Shown: piece after piece, positions 25,020-37,873 of the stretch | How positions within the stretch are numbered: position 1 is the stretch's first letter | Layout: each line of letters starts with the position of its first letter | Assembly (NCBI RefSeq): GCF_004010195.1 | Contig: NC_057718.1 | Span: forward strand, 62,666,311 to 62,730,310 | Direction of reading: 5' to 3' | DNA length: 64,000 bases | Source: Chiloscyllium plagiosum | Lineage: Eukaryota | Made by a program: the position numbers and the translations under genes | Notes under the pieces: generated by a model | Told to the model about the DNA's origin: nothing | Databases searched by the model: none | The model's input: only the letters and a program-made list of their open reading frames with translations

Positions 25020-25587
25020 CATATTTTAGTCAGAATATGGCCTGCAATGAATGAATGTAAAACATTGAAGATACTTCATATCAAAAGACCAATCCAAGCA
25101 AAGTCTATTGTCAAAAACAATTGCTAATAAGCAAGTAAATGATGGAGAAAGGGGAAAAGAGAATAGGGATGTGGGTGGGGGCAATGGGACTTATTAATCA
25201 ATCAATTTACTTCTGAACATTTGGATTTATTGTTTAAAAAATATTCAGACTGAGAAAACAAGGTGTTATCTCTGAAAATCTGTATGGAGGTGCAACTTTG
25301 TGTCAGTGTTGAGACACACTTTCCAGGAACTAACATTGGCCTCACTAAAGTGTGGACTTAGGGGCCCTGATTTATATTTAAATGGCAGGTTGCCTGCCCA
25401 TTAGTTGGTTGTGAAGCTAGTCTTTTGAACCTAGAATACAGCTGTTGTGGTAGGGTGCCACCTGAGTTACAGCTGGAATATACTCAATGGGCTGTTAATA
25501 TTAAAAACAATTAAAATACTTCAGTTGATATAACGTTTATAAAAGCAATATTAGGAGGAAAACTAGAAAAATAATGTTTTGATTTCT

Positions 25588-25802
25588 CAAAGTTAGAAAT
25601 CTCACACACCACGTTAGAGTTCAACAGGTTTACTTGGAAGCACTAGCTTTTGGAGCGCTGCTCCTTCGTCAGGTACCCAATGAAGGAGAGTGAAGGAGCA
25701 GTGCACTAAAAGCTTATACTTCCAAATAAACCTGTTGGACTATAACCTGATGTGTGAGATTTTTAACTTTGTTCACGCCAGTCCAACACCGGCACCCCCA
25801 CA
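25588..25802. mobile_element. Short fold-back PLE insertion
   Basis: Inverted arms (aaagttagaaatctcacaca..caacaggttt / aaacctgttg..tgtgtgagatttttaacttt); decayed hammerhead CTGACGAAGGAGCAGCGCTCC(A)AAAGCTA on minus. Confidence 0.75.
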
Positions 25803-25833
25803 GTTCTTAAAGACAGACCACATGGAAACTTAC

Positions 25834-25980
25834 CCCATTTAGAATAGCACCAACTTTAGAGATTTCAACACGTTGCCCCAGAAGTTCTGGCTCAAGATTA
25901 TGGTACTCATTTATTAGATTTGTGATTAAATTATTGATCAAACTAGAACAGTTTGAACTGGAAAATACCTGATTCTGAAC
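25834..25980 (-). CDS. USP34: USP34 coding exon, VQNQVFSSSNCSSLINNLITNLINEYHNLEPELLGQRVEISKVGAILNG
   Basis: 147 bp, ttccag/gtaagt; phase 0 to 0. Confidence 0.95.
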
Positions 25981-26213
25981 CTGGAAAAACAATGTCAAGA
26001 ATGAGGGTGCTGCAACTTCAAACAGAACAAATAAATAATTTGATGCACTATTCAGCTACAAATGCATTTCTGTACTGGCAAAAAAAGTCAATATTTCTGG
26101 AAATCCTTCATATATTTTCCAAAGGATTCTTGGAATTTCTCATTTTATAGAATCATACTATTCAACTGGTCTATTGTGTATGTGCTAGCTCGTCAAAGGA
26201 ACTATTCAATTTG

Positions 26214-27432
26214 TCAGCATCTGTGAAGAGAAATCAAAATTAAAATTTCAGGTCTGGTAACCCTTCCTCAGAACTGATGGTAGCTAGGAAAATATTGGCT
26301 TATATACAGAAGACAGGGTGGTGGAGGGGATAGGAGTAAACATTAGGTAGGGATAGAGCCCGAAGAGAGAGAAACACAGTTGGACAGACAAAGGAATTGA
26401 TAATGATCTGGCTAGAAGGGTGAATAGCTGTTAATGGAGACTGTTAGTGGCTGACAATAGGTATTGTGTAATGGCAGAATATATGATAACAAGGCCTGAT
26501 GTTTGTGGTAGGGGGTCGAGGACATGGGGGAGTTCAGGCCCTAAAATTATTGAACTTGATATTGAGTCTAGAGAGCTGCAGGGTCTCCAAGTGGCAAACA
26601 AGGTACTGTTCTTCCAGCTTGCACAAAGCTTTGCTGGAGCACCGCAGCAAGCCTAAGACACTGATGTTGGTGAGGGAACAGGGTGGTGTGTTAAAGTGGC
26701 AGGCAAATGGAAGCTCAGGGTCTTTTGTGTGGTCACCCAGTCTATGCTTCATTTCCCCAATGTAGAGACCACATTGTGAGCAGTAGAATGCAGGTAAAGT
26801 GTTGTTTCACCTGGAGGGTACGTTTGGGCCGTAGGATACCTAGGAGGGAGAAGGCAAATGGGTAGATGTTACACCTTTGGTGGTTTCAGGGGAGGGTGTG
26901 GGGCTTTGGGAGGATGTTAGGAGCAAAGAAAGAATGGACCAGGGTGCCCTGGATGGAAGGCAGACATGGAAGGGGAGTGGAGGGGAATGTATGTCTGGTG
27001 GTGGTATCTTGCTGGAGGTAGCTGAAATGGCAGCTGATGATCTTCTGGATGTGAGTGCTGGTGGGATAGTAGTAAGGATAAGGGAACATATCGCTCACAA
27101 CACGCTTGTTATCACATAGTCTGCAAATTCCACACTACCCACTGTTAGCCACTAACAGTCTCCCTTCCAGCCAGTCATTATAGATTCGTTTGTCTGTCCA
27201 ACTGTTTTTCTCTCTCTGTGGGGCTATCCCTACCTATCATTTACCCTTCCTCCACCCTATCTTCTGAATATAAACCAACATTTTCCTAGCTACCATCAGT
27301 TCTGAAGAAGGGTCAACAGATCCAAAACATTAACTTTGATTTCCCTTCACAGATGCTGCCAGACCTCCCCAGCTTTTCCAGCAATTTCTGGTTTTGTTTC
27401 TGATTTACAGCATCCGTAGTTCTGGTTTTTAT
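26214..27432. mobile_element. Fold-back Neptune-type PLE (GIY-YIG remnant on minus, inverted pLTR on plus)
   Basis: ORF 26534..26752 (PFACHFN..KLEEQYLV..LETLQ..LN) is a GIY-YIG C-terminus; ~26214-26495 is inverted relative to ~27105-27358. Confidence 0.8.
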
Positions 27433-29387
27433 TCCACCTGTTGTACTTTTTTACTCTTCCTTTATAGCTCAGCAAACTTCACCTTTTCAAGCATATATCT
27501 AATTCCCTTTAGAAAGCGATAGTTGAATCTGATTCTACCTCCCTTACACAACATTCTCTAGTTTAGATCTCTGCCTTCTTTGTTACTGACTTTCCAAACA
27601 ACGTAAACAACTTCTCTTCACCTACTTGATTAAAACCCATAATTATATTAAATCATCACTGACATTCTTATTTTAAGTAGAAGGATTTCACCTTCCCTAT
27701 TCTTCCCACATCAAGACCTCCATCCCGAATACCAGTCTAAAAAATCTCCTCTGCAGTATCTTGAAGGTATCATGAAACATACTTCACCCTTGCCAGTCTG
27801 ACCTCCCATTTTCAAAGGTGCTAGTAAGTGAATCTTAGGTTTCTCTGATCTTGCATCCCTAAAGATTGTACCATTCAATTTATACTGGCTCTCTCCAATT
27901 TCCTTTGGAAATTCTGCCTTGGTATTGCAGAATGTATGGGTTTGATGACTTATCAACTTCTAAACTTCATTAATTTTGAAGTCATTGTTTCCTATTTAAT
28001 ATTCAATTATTAGTTGCTCTTTTACATATTTTTCTGGAGTCTGTCTTCATATTTGCAGAGGAGAATGAAGGAAAAAAATAAATTTTATGTTTTCATTTTT
28101 ACATAACTGCATTGTTCATTCTATTACATGATGACAATGTTGTTAAACAATCTTGGTTCTCTTTAGATTCCATAATAGTGTTTCCATAAATTATGTTCAA
28201 TAGGCAACCACTTCTTCATTTATTTTTATTTTGAAGTCTACTTCTATGCTGAATATCTAAGTAAAAGGGAGGCATTCCACTTAATGCTTCCACCCAAGGT
28301 AGGTACCCTACTGTAAGAAGTTTGAAGTTGTGCAACTTGTGCAAGGCTAGCTGAAGTTCATTTAGTTGAAACTGGTTTATTAATTTGATCTTAAATGAGG
28401 TTAACAAGAGATCTACTTGCAAAAAAGGCTCATCAGCAACATTGTTGATGTATAGCAGATATATTGAGTCGTGAAAACATAAAAAAAACCTATAAACTCA
28501 GGAGAAAGGAAAATACAGTTTACAAAGATAACTAGATAGAAGGAAAAAGTATTAGCATTAGAGATGAAGCTTGGTAATCAGGAAGAACAGAGCTAACAAA
28601 GATGCCCAAATAAAGTAAAAATGAATACTGGGTATCAGAAATAGAAAGAGATCAAAGATCTGGAAGATAAAGGGAAATTATGAAAAATGTAGTCACCAGA
28701 AAAGCACTACTTCATGATAATCAGTTAAAATTATAAATGCATAATTAAGTAATACAAAATGAGTATTAAATAATGGGATAATCAAGCAAATCTTCAGAAG
28801 AAAATTGGAAATTCAACTTCTAAATAAAGTGTTTCATGAAGTGACAAGAAACTGCAAATCTTTGGTAACTTGACTCAGTATCCATTCTTCCTTTAATCAC
28901 TTTCCTCTGTTCCTTAACAGTTGTACAGATTCATAGGTGCAGTTCACCCAACTGTGTGTTATTCCTGCATCAATCTTGATTATTCAGTTCCAAGGGAGGG
29001 GTATCCCATTCCAGTTGTGCCCTTTCAATAACCTACACACTTCCAGTTTGTAGCAATTATGCATGGGTATCTCTTCCTCCCCAAGATAGGTTTGTTGAGA
29101 TGATGTATTCCCATTTGGATTACCACACCAGATGAGACCAGCCAACTGAGTATCAAATCTGGAATCTCTTGGTCACTATAGCTCTGTTGCTCAATGGATG
29201 AACTGACCTAGCAGCATATTTTAAAATCAAAAGCTCAGTACATATCCACTGTGACAACAGAAGTAAATTTCCTTAAATTCATGCAGCATATTTGCAATAA
29301 AATTTGGGGTTCTATTGTGTCAGGCACAAACAATGCTTTATTAATGAATACAGGTCACACAGTCCAGGGACAAGATATTTATCATAC

Positions 29388-29528
29388 CTTGGGAAGAAAG
29401 CAAGCAAGAAAGGTATAAACTGCATTGTTATTCAGACATATCCTCTCATCCATTAAAATGCATTTGATATATTCAGCAAATACCGGTTCATCACAGAGTA
29501 GCTTTACACAATTCTTCGCCATGGGTGA
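29388..29528 (-). CDS. USP34: USP34 coding exon, SPMAKNCVKLLCDEPVFAEYIKCILMDERICLNNNAVYTFLACFLPK
   Basis: 141 bp, ttttttcccag/gtatga; phase 0 to 0. Confidence 0.96.
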
Positions 29529-30366
29529 CTGGGAAAAAAAGGTACAAATGAGAATAACAGTGCAACAAAACAACTTAAATAAAGTTTAACTGTGCAGTTA
29601 AGTGTACTATTAATCTTCTATCTACCCCTTCCCCAACCTTATTATGAAACATCAAGCATCATTCTCACCATGAAGGCTCATGAGAGACTTTTAGATCTTT
29701 GGTTGTTGCTCTCCAATCAGCTGAATACCTAAAGCAGCTCCCTGTACAGAATATCTTGTCGAATGTATAACAGTGCTCAACAGTAGAACGGAGTTCACCA
29801 AACTGAAAACAGTTCAAGCTATAAACATTTACAAGTAATTCGGAAGCAGGATAATGCAGTTCTGACATGCTGTGTCAGCTGCTAAATATATATTTATTTT
29901 ATACACAGACTTCATGGTATCTCTAATAAATGTTTCGGCTTAAAATTACATTGTGTAATTTGTTTTTCTTGCCTCAAGATGTAGATTTAAAGTAACTGTT
30001 AAGAATCAAAACTAAAGGGCCCTTTTTAAAAATCTTATCAAATACATAGAAGGCCTTCTTTATTCCCAAATACCATGTGACTCAAAAAGTCATCAAACCC
30101 AGTTACAGTTACTGCTCATAATATGTGGCTCCAATCTACCATTAACAGGTAGATTAACAGGTATTGAAGACCTAACTGGTTATTTTGGAAAATTAAAGGA
30201 GGAGCTGGTGATGCTAACATTGTCAATATTATCAAAGACTCACAATTCTGAGTTAATATTTATTTTTACAATCCTTTTGTTTTGAGCTAGTTAAAATGCA
30301 CCAACTAAATAGATGTTTTTCAAATTAAATTACATCAACAATTTTAAAAGTACAAGCTTAAAATAC

Positions 30367-30446
30367 CTGAGACTGGTAAATTTCTGTCCAAAGTTTAGGA
30401 AATAATGCTAAATGAAGAGGCAAGCCTTCATATGCTATCAAGACAC
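30367..30446 (-). CDS. USP34: USP34 coding exon, (S)VLIAYEGLPLHLALFPKLWTEIYQSQ
   Basis: 80 bp, cag/gtattt; phase 1 to 0. Confidence 0.95.
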
Positions 30447-31069
30447 CTGTATATCAAAAATAAATTGCAGTGTTACTGAAGAAGCAAAGACTCAACCTTC
30501 AATCAGTTACATCCTGCACAAAGTAAACAACATAATTTCTTCGCACTTTTCAAAATTTGTTCCTGTGAAGTGGGAAAAGAATACATGCCCAATTAAGTCT
30601 TCAATTAAAAATGGATTGTAACTTTGTGGCTTGTTCAATTTTTAAAAATAACTTTTAAAGAAAAATCAGCATTTTACTGAAAATGGTTCTGGTCAACATA
30701 TACTAAATGGTAAAGCAAGTAATCAAAATGTAATTTACATGGGTTTAAATGTGAGTAAGAATAAACTACAGCCCCATTATCTTGTTAAAGTTGTGTGAAT
30801 ATGATCAACAATTCAGTTAGTATTAAAAATATATTAACTGAAGATTAACATTTAGATTTTGCTACCACAGATTTTTTTTGGTTTAAAAACAGCTGAACAG
30901 AAGAATCAAGGGCATTTAGAACGTCTGTCTTTAATATCTTCATCATTGCTTAGGTCTTTAGATTGTTTTATTTCTTTATTAATTCATTTCTTTTATGACA
31001 TACTAATCACATTATGCTTTTACACACTGACATATCAAAGCATCATTGCTAATATTTTTTGATGAGATA

Positions 31070-31940
31070 ATAGAGATCGTTGATGAGGGCAATGCCGTTG
31101 ATAAATTGTACATGGTCTCCCCAAAAAACATTTGATAAAGTGCTTCACAACAAATTTCTGAGCAAGTTTAGACCTTATGGAATTAAAAAAAACAGTAGCA
31201 ACATGGATTAGGTGTTGACCTGAGTTCCAAGAAAGGGAGTAGTAGTAGTCGTGAATAGTTGTTTTTCAGATGAAGGAAGGTTTACAATGGAGTGGCCTAT
31301 GCTGATGCTAAGATCCCTCTCTCTGATTAATATGATCTAGACCTTAGTGCAGTGAGAATAATTTTGAAGTTTGCAAACAATTCGACACTTGAAGCATTGT
31401 GAACTGTGAGGAGGATAGTGTAGCCAGAGTGGTGGCATGGATGAACAAGAGACAGATGACATTTAATGTAGAGAAGTGCGAAGTGATTCATTTTGGTAGA
31501 AAGTTGCAGAGAGCCAATAAAGCTAAAATATACAATTCTAGAGAAGGTTCATGACCACAGGGACCTGGCTGCACATGGGAAAAATCCATCGAAGGCAGGA
31601 GGAAAATTCGAGTACAGGTAGCCCTCGTTATCTGAAAGTAGAGTGTTCCCAGGAACCCTTTCGCAATCCAAAAATGGCGTAAAGCTAAGGTACATGATTC
31701 GTATGGGAAAAGGTATTGCTGTTTTTCGTAAAAGCGAAAATCCTCTTCGGATTTGTGAAAACAGGTATTAAGTAAAGTCTTTCGTAAAAGCGAAATTGTG
31801 CAAAGCAAACATTCGAAAAGCGGGGGCTACCTGTACTTGAGTTGTTAAAGCAGAGTTTAGAAGCAAGAATACTATGTCAAACTCGCATAAAATACTGACT
31901 TGGGCTCAGATGGAGCACTGTCGGCCGTTCTGGGTGCTAT
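31070..31940 (+). mobile_element. Decayed CR1 RT fragment, interrupted by a MITE
   Basis: DEGNAVD..FDKVLH, FNVEKCEVIHFG motifs. Confidence 0.7.
31615..31833. mobile_element. Tigger/pogo-like MITE
   Basis: TIRs CAGGTAGCCCTCG / CGGGGGCTACCTG flanked by TA on both sides. Confidence 0.85.
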
Positions 31941-31944
31941 ACTC

Positions 31945-32900
31945 AGAGCATAAAATACAGGTGGCCATTCAGCCTGCGAGGACATCTTCGCCATTCAATA
32001 GGATTGTGATTGATCTTATAATCTTCAACTCCACTTCCCTGCCTTTTCCTCATAACCTTTGATTCTCCAACTGATTAAAAATCTATTTCAGCCTTAAATA
32101 TATTTAACAACTCAGCCTTTGCAGCACCTCGCAGTAAAGAACTCCACAGACTCACTACCCTCAGGGAAGAAATTCCTCATCTCTGAATAATTGGGTGACC
32201 CCTTACTCTGAGACTACGTCCTCTGGTTCTAGACTCTCCCACAGTGGGAAACAACCTGTCAGCATTTACCCTATTAAGCTCCTTAAGAATTTTATATGTT
32301 TCAACAAAATTGTCATTCTTCTGAATCCATTGCATACATGCCCAACCTATTCAACCTCTTCTCATAACAGAATAGCTCGAGACCTGGGATTAACATAGTA
32401 ATCCCTCCCAGGACTGCATCCACTGCCAGCACACCCTTCCTTCGATAATGAATCAAAACTGTTCACAGTATTCTAGGTGTAATCTAACTAATGCCTTGTA
32501 CAGTTTTCACAAGGCATTATTATACTCTATTCTCTTAAAATAAAGAAAATTGTTTTCTCAATTACGTGCTGAACTTGTATGCTAGCTTTCTGTAATTTAT
32601 GACCGAGAACCATCAAATCCCTCTGTGCTGCAGCTTTCTACAGTCTTCCTCCATTCAAATAGTATTCAGTTCCTCTATTATCCATGCCAAACCTTCCCAC
32701 GTTAGATTCCAATAGCAACGTTCTTGTTCACTGCATTAATGTGTCACCTTCAGTAGACCATTTTATCCTCACCACATGTCTTCCCACCCATTTTTGTGAT
32801 GGCATGTCCATTTCCCTCATCCAAATTATTAACATATATTGTAAAGAATTGCAGTGCCACCACTGATCCCTGTGACATAGGTTACCATCTTGGTCAAAGT
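31945..32900 (-). mobile_element. CR1 3' fragment
   Basis: Minus strand LYKALVRLHLEYCEQF and CR1 3' tail. Confidence 0.75.
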
Positions 32901-34396
32901 AATTAGGAAAATCTGCTCCCATTGGTGAAAGGATTAAGAATAAGAGAGCACAGATTTAAGGTAACTAACAATAGAAACGATGGCAACATGAGGAAAAACA
33001 TCTTCATTCAGCAAGTTACTAGGTTCTGGAATGGACTGCCCAAGAGGCAACAAAAACAGATCAGAGACTATGGACTATGAGGCAAGTAACATAGCACCCA
33101 GCTTCTGATTCCTCAGACCTCTTTATCAAGTAAAAAATACAACTCTGGAGTGCTAAGGAATACTCTCCACTTGCCCGGTAAAACGCACTTTATAAAACAT
33201 CAAGAAGTAACAACGAGCATCGATAAGGGCAGAGCGGTGGACGTGGCTCTATGCGGACTTCAGTAAAGTGTTTGACAAGGTTCCTCATGGCAGACTGGTT
33301 AGTGAGGTTAGATCACATAGAATACAGACAGAACTAGCTATTTGGATATAAAACTGACTCAAAAGGTTGGAGACAGAGGGTGGTCCAAGAGGGTTCCTTT
33401 TCAGAATGGAGGCCTATGACCAGAGTAGTGCCACAAGGATTTTCGTCATTTACACAAATGATTTGGATGTGTACATAGGAGGTATGGTTATTAAGTTTGC
33501 AGATGACACCAAATTGGAGGTGTCGTGGACAGTAAAGAAAGTTACCTCAGGGTACAATGGAATCTTGATCAGATGGGCCAATGGGCCAAGGAGTGGCAGA
33601 TGGAGTTTAATTTAGATAAATATAAGGTGCTGCATTTTGGAAAGGCAAATCAGGACAGGACTTATATTCTGAATGGTAAGGTCTTGGGGAGTGTTACTAA
33701 ACAAAGAGACCTTGGAGAACAGGTTCATAGTTCCTTGAACATGGAGTCGCAGGTAGATAGGATAGTGAAGGTGGCATTTGGTATGCTTGCCTTTACTGGT
33801 AGTGCACTGAGTGTAGGAATTTGTAGGTTATGTTGCAGCTTACAGGACATTGGTTAGCCCACTCTTGGAGTACCTTGTGCAATTCTGGTCTCCCTCCTAT
33901 TGGAAGGATGTTGTGAAACTTAAAAGGGTTCAGAAAAGTTTACAAGGATGTTGCCATGGTTGGAGGGTTTGAGATATAGGGAAGGGCTGAATGGCCGGGG
34001 GCTAGTTTCCCTGGAGCGTCGGAGTTGAGGGGGTCACCTTTTTAGTGGTTTACAAAATCATGAGGGGCATGGATAGAGTAAATAGACAAAGTCTTTTCCC
34101 CAGGGTGGGGGTGTCCAAAACTAGAGGTCATAGGTTCAAGGGGAGAAGGGAAAGATTTAAAAGTGACCTAAGGGGCAACATTTTCACACAAAGGATGGTG
34201 CGTGTATGTAATGAACTGCCAGAGGAAGTTTGGAAGCTGGTACAATTAACATTTAAAAGGCATCTGGATGGGTATATGAATAGGAAGGGTTTGGAGAGAT
34301 ATAGGAGAAAGTGAGGTCTGCAGACGCTGGAGATCAAAGCTGAAACTTTATTGCTGGAACAGCACAGCAGGTCAGGCAGCATCTAGGGAACAGAAG

Positions 34397-34432
34397 ATTC
34401 GACGTTTCGGGCACATGCCCTTCTTCAGGAAT
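34397..34432 (-). ncRNA. Minimal type I hammerhead ribozyme motif
   Basis: AUUC-CUGAAGA-A-GGGC(AUGU)GCCC-GAAACGUC-GAAU; copies at 34507-34538(+), ~35488-35521(-), 35594-35629(+). Confidence 0.8.
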
Positions 34433-34576
34433 GAGCAGAGAGTGTTCAGCAGGAGAAGATAAAAGGTAGGGAGGAGGGACTTGGAGGAGACACTCTCTGC
34501 TCAGTCCTGAAGAAGGGCATGTGCCCGAAACGTCGAATCTTCTGTTCCCTAGATGCTGCCTGACCTGCTGTGCTGT

Positions 34577-35449
34577 NNNNNNNNNNNNNNNNNNNNNNNN
34601 NNNNNNNNNNNNNNNNNNNNNNNNNNNNNNNNNNNNNNNNNNNNNNNNNNNNNNNNNNNNNNNNNNNNNNNNNNNNNNNNNNNNNNNNNNNNNNNNNNNN
34701 NNNNNNNNNNNNNNNNNNNNNNNNNNNNNNNNNNNNNNNNNNNNNNNNNNNNNNNNNNNNNNNNNNNNNNNNNNNNNNNNNNNNNNNNNNNNNNNNNNNN
34801 NNNNNNNNNNNNNNNNNNNNNNNNNNNNNNNNNNNNNNNNNNNNNNNNNNNNNNNNNNNNNNNNNNNNNNNNNNNNNNNNNNNNNNNNNNNNNNNNNNNN
34901 NNNNNNNNNNNNNNNNNNNNNNNNNNNNNNNNNNNNNNNNNNNNNNNNNNNNNNNNNNNNNNNNNNNNNNNNNNNNNNNNNNNNNNNNNNNNNNNNNNNN
35001 NNNNNNNNNNNNNNNNNNNNNNNNNNNNNNNNNNNNNNNNNNNNNNNNNNNNNNNNNNNNNNNNNNNNNNNNNNNNNNNNNNNNNNNNNNNNNNNNNNNN
35101 NNNNNNNNNNNNNNNNNNNNNNNNNNNNNNNNNNNNNNNNNNNNNNNNNNNNNNNNNNNNNNNNNNNNNNNNNNNNNNNNNNNNNNNNNNNNNNNNNNNN
35201 NNNNNNNNNNNNNNNNNNNNNNNNNNNNNNNNNNNNNNNNNNNNNNNNNNNNNNNNNNNNNNNNNNNNNNNNNNNNNNNNNNNNNNNNNNNNNNNNNNNN
35301 NNNNNNNNNNNNNNNNNNNNNNNNNNNNNNNNNNNNNNNNNNNNNNNNNNNNNNNNNNNNNNNNNNNNNNNNNNNNNNNNNNNNNNNNNNNNNNNNNNNN
35401 NNNNNNNNNNNNNNNNNNNNNNNNNNNNNNNNNNNNNNNNNNNNNNNNN
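34577..35449. other. Assembly gap (N run)
   Basis: 873 N. Confidence 1.
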
Positions 35450-35809
35450 ACAGCACAGCAGGTCAGGCAGCATCTAGGGAACAGAAGATTCGACGTTTCG
35501 GGCACATGCCCTTCTTCAGGACTGAGCAGAGCCTCTCTCCTCCAAGTCCCTCCTCCCTACCTTTTATCTTCTCCTGCTGAACACTCTCTGCTCATTCCTG
35601 AAGAAGGGCATGTGCCCGAAACGTCGAATCTTCTGTTCCCTAGATGCTGCCTGACCTGCTGTGCTGTTCCAGCAATAAAGTTTCAGCTTTGGAGAGATAT
35701 AGGCCAAATCATGGCAAATGGGACTAGATTTATTTATGAAATCTGGTCGGCGTGGATGAGTCGGACAGAAGGGTCTGTTTCCAAGTTATACAGCTCTATG
35801 ACTTTAAAT

Positions 35810-36235
35810 TCAACATCATCCGGGACAAAGGAACCTATCTACAGGTAATTGGCACCCCATGCCCTAGTGATTCACAGTGGCAGAAGCATGCATCATTGAC
35901 AAGATGCACAGCAGCAATTCAATAAGGCATCTTTGGCTGCACCTTCCAAGCCTGCAACCTCTACTGTTTAGAAGGACAAGGACAGTAGAAGCTTAGGAAA
36001 ACTCACTTCCAAGTTTCCCTCCCAACCAGCCACCATCCCGACTTTGAACTATATGGTCATTTCTCACTGTTGCTCCATCCAAATCCTGGAATTTCCATCC
36101 TAACAGTACATACTTAATTTCCATTTACTGTAGCAGTTCAAAGCTGCAGCTCACCATTATTTTCTCAAGGGCAATTTGAAACGGGCAATAAAAACTGGCC
36201 TAGTCATTGACAACCACACTGAATGAGCAAATAAA
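35810..36235 (+). mobile_element. CR1/L2-group LINE 3' fragment (second family)
   Basis: Ends ctcaagggcaatt..gggcaataaaa; related tails at ~13650(-), 38330-38460, 47040-47390, 47450-48060, 54160-54450(-), 55010-55200(-), 55250-55650. Confidence 0.6.
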
Positions 36236-36467
36236 GAATATGGTGAAAGTGCAGTCAATTGAGACATTGAAAAATGAATGGGATTATTACCTGAGAAAGA
36301 AGGATGAGCAAGGCGACAGAGGCAGGGGCTCAGAATAAATTGCTTCACAATACAGACTCAATGGGCTAATTGATGCACAGCAGGAAGCCATTCTCAAATC
36401 ACAAAGACTTAGCACGCAGACAGAATGAACTGATAAGGTAAATAGAATTTGGCCTTTATTGCAATTA

Positions 36468-36733
36468 CTGCCTCGGGCAACTGTCTGTGTGGAGTTTGCA
36501 CATTCTCCCCATATCTGCGTGGGCTTCCTCTGGGTGCTCCGGTTCCTCCCACAGTCTAAAGATGTGCAGGTTAGGTGAATTGGCCATGCTAAATTGCCCA
36601 TAGTGTTAGGTACATTTGTCAGGGGTGAATGTAGGGGAACGGATCTGGGTGAGTTGCTCTTCGGAGAGTCGGTGTGGACTTGTTGAGACAAAGGGCCTGT
36701 TTCCACACTGGAGGGATTTTAATCTAATCTAAT
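36468..36733 (+). mobile_element. 5'-truncated V-SINE (HE1-like)
   Basis: V-domain and tail present, tRNA head missing. Confidence 0.85.
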
Positions 36734-36739
36734 CTCAAA

Positions 36740-37330
36740 AAAGATGGAGCATAAAAGTGGAGAGGTCTTGTTACATCTGTACAGGACATTGTTGAAACCA
36801 CGTCTAGAATATGTATGTAAATTTGATGTACTTATTTAAGAAAGGATAAAGATACATTGGCGGTAACACACAGAAGGTTCACTAAATTGCTTCTCGAGTT
36901 GAAGGGATTATCCAATGAGGAAAGGTTGAGTTGGTTGGCCCTATACTCGTTCAGAAGTGATTTTCATGAAATATAAGATTCTGAGGAGGTGTGACAACAA
37001 AGGATGGAAATGATGTCTCCCCCTCTTGAGTGAATCTTGGACTATTGGTATAATTTCAGAATAAGCATAGTCTTATTTAAGATTGTGATAACAGGAAACT
37101 TCTCTCAGAGTGATTAATTTTTGGAATTCTCTATCGCAGAGATCAGTGGAGGTGTGACATTGAACGTTGTATATTCAAAGCTAAGTTATACAGATTTCTG
37201 AATCTACTAGGGAGTCCAAGTTATGGAGGGCAGTTAGGAAAATGGATTTGAAGCTACTATTAGGTCAATGATGATGTTCTTCAATGCACAGTACGCTCAA
37301 AGAGTCAAATGGCATATTCCTACACAGTTA
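36740..37330 (+). mobile_element. Old CR1 3' fragment
   Basis: LYRTLLKPRLEY..RRFTKLL, WNSL motifs. Confidence 0.65.
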
Positions 37331-37749
37331 TCTTTTTCCAAGACCTTCAAAAGACTTCTCAAAAGTCAAAGTGAAACCTCACTGTCTAACCATGGCCATA
37401 TCCCTTAAGTCCCCATTATTTAGCCTACTGAATCACAATACAATCCAAGATAAACAAAAGAAAATCTTTTAGTGGTGCACATGAATTACATCACATAGCC
37501 TTTGAAAATGATGTCAAAGAATTATTAGTTAAAACACATTTTGTCAAGGCATTCTTCAGGATAACATGGACCACTAGCAGTTGCTTTCTCTAGGAAATCT
37601 ACTAATTAGTTAGTAAGAATATAACCTTTATTGGGAAAATGCTGGATTTTTCAAACTATCTCGGTATACAAATGATCAGATTAGAACACAACAATACAAT
37701 CACTACTTGCATTAATGTTATCTGATTAAAAGGTCAGTTTGGTACATAC

Positions 37750-37873
37750 TTAATTTTACTAAGGTTTCTGTAAATTTTTCACAGTTCACTGCTACACGAC
37801 ACAAGAGGTGGATGAATTGATGGTAAGAAAGGAAATAATCCAGTAGTACACGGTCATAAACATCATCTTTTCC
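37750..37873 (-). CDS. USP34: USP34 coding exon, GKDDVYDRVLLDYFLSYHQFIHLLCRVAVNCEKFTETLVKL
   Basis: 124 bp, cag/gtatgt; phase 0 to 1. Confidence 0.95.

Larger units (their letters stand above)
34306..35687. mobile_element. Fold-back PLE pLTR insertion spanning an assembly gap
   Basis: Inverted pLTR copies with hammerhead motifs; TSD tttggagagatatagg at 34290-34305 and 35688-35703. Confidence 0.85.
33215..35803 (+). mobile_element. CR1 3' fragment (RT end to tail), split by a PLE insertion at 34306-35687
   Basis: KFADDTK, WQMEFNLDKYKVLHFG, MRGMDRVN..; the element resumes after the 16-bp duplication. Confidence 0.88.

Noticed and set aside
34334..35848. Long ORFs (318-431 aa) in all six frames
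   Set aside because: They run through the N gap and are artefacts.
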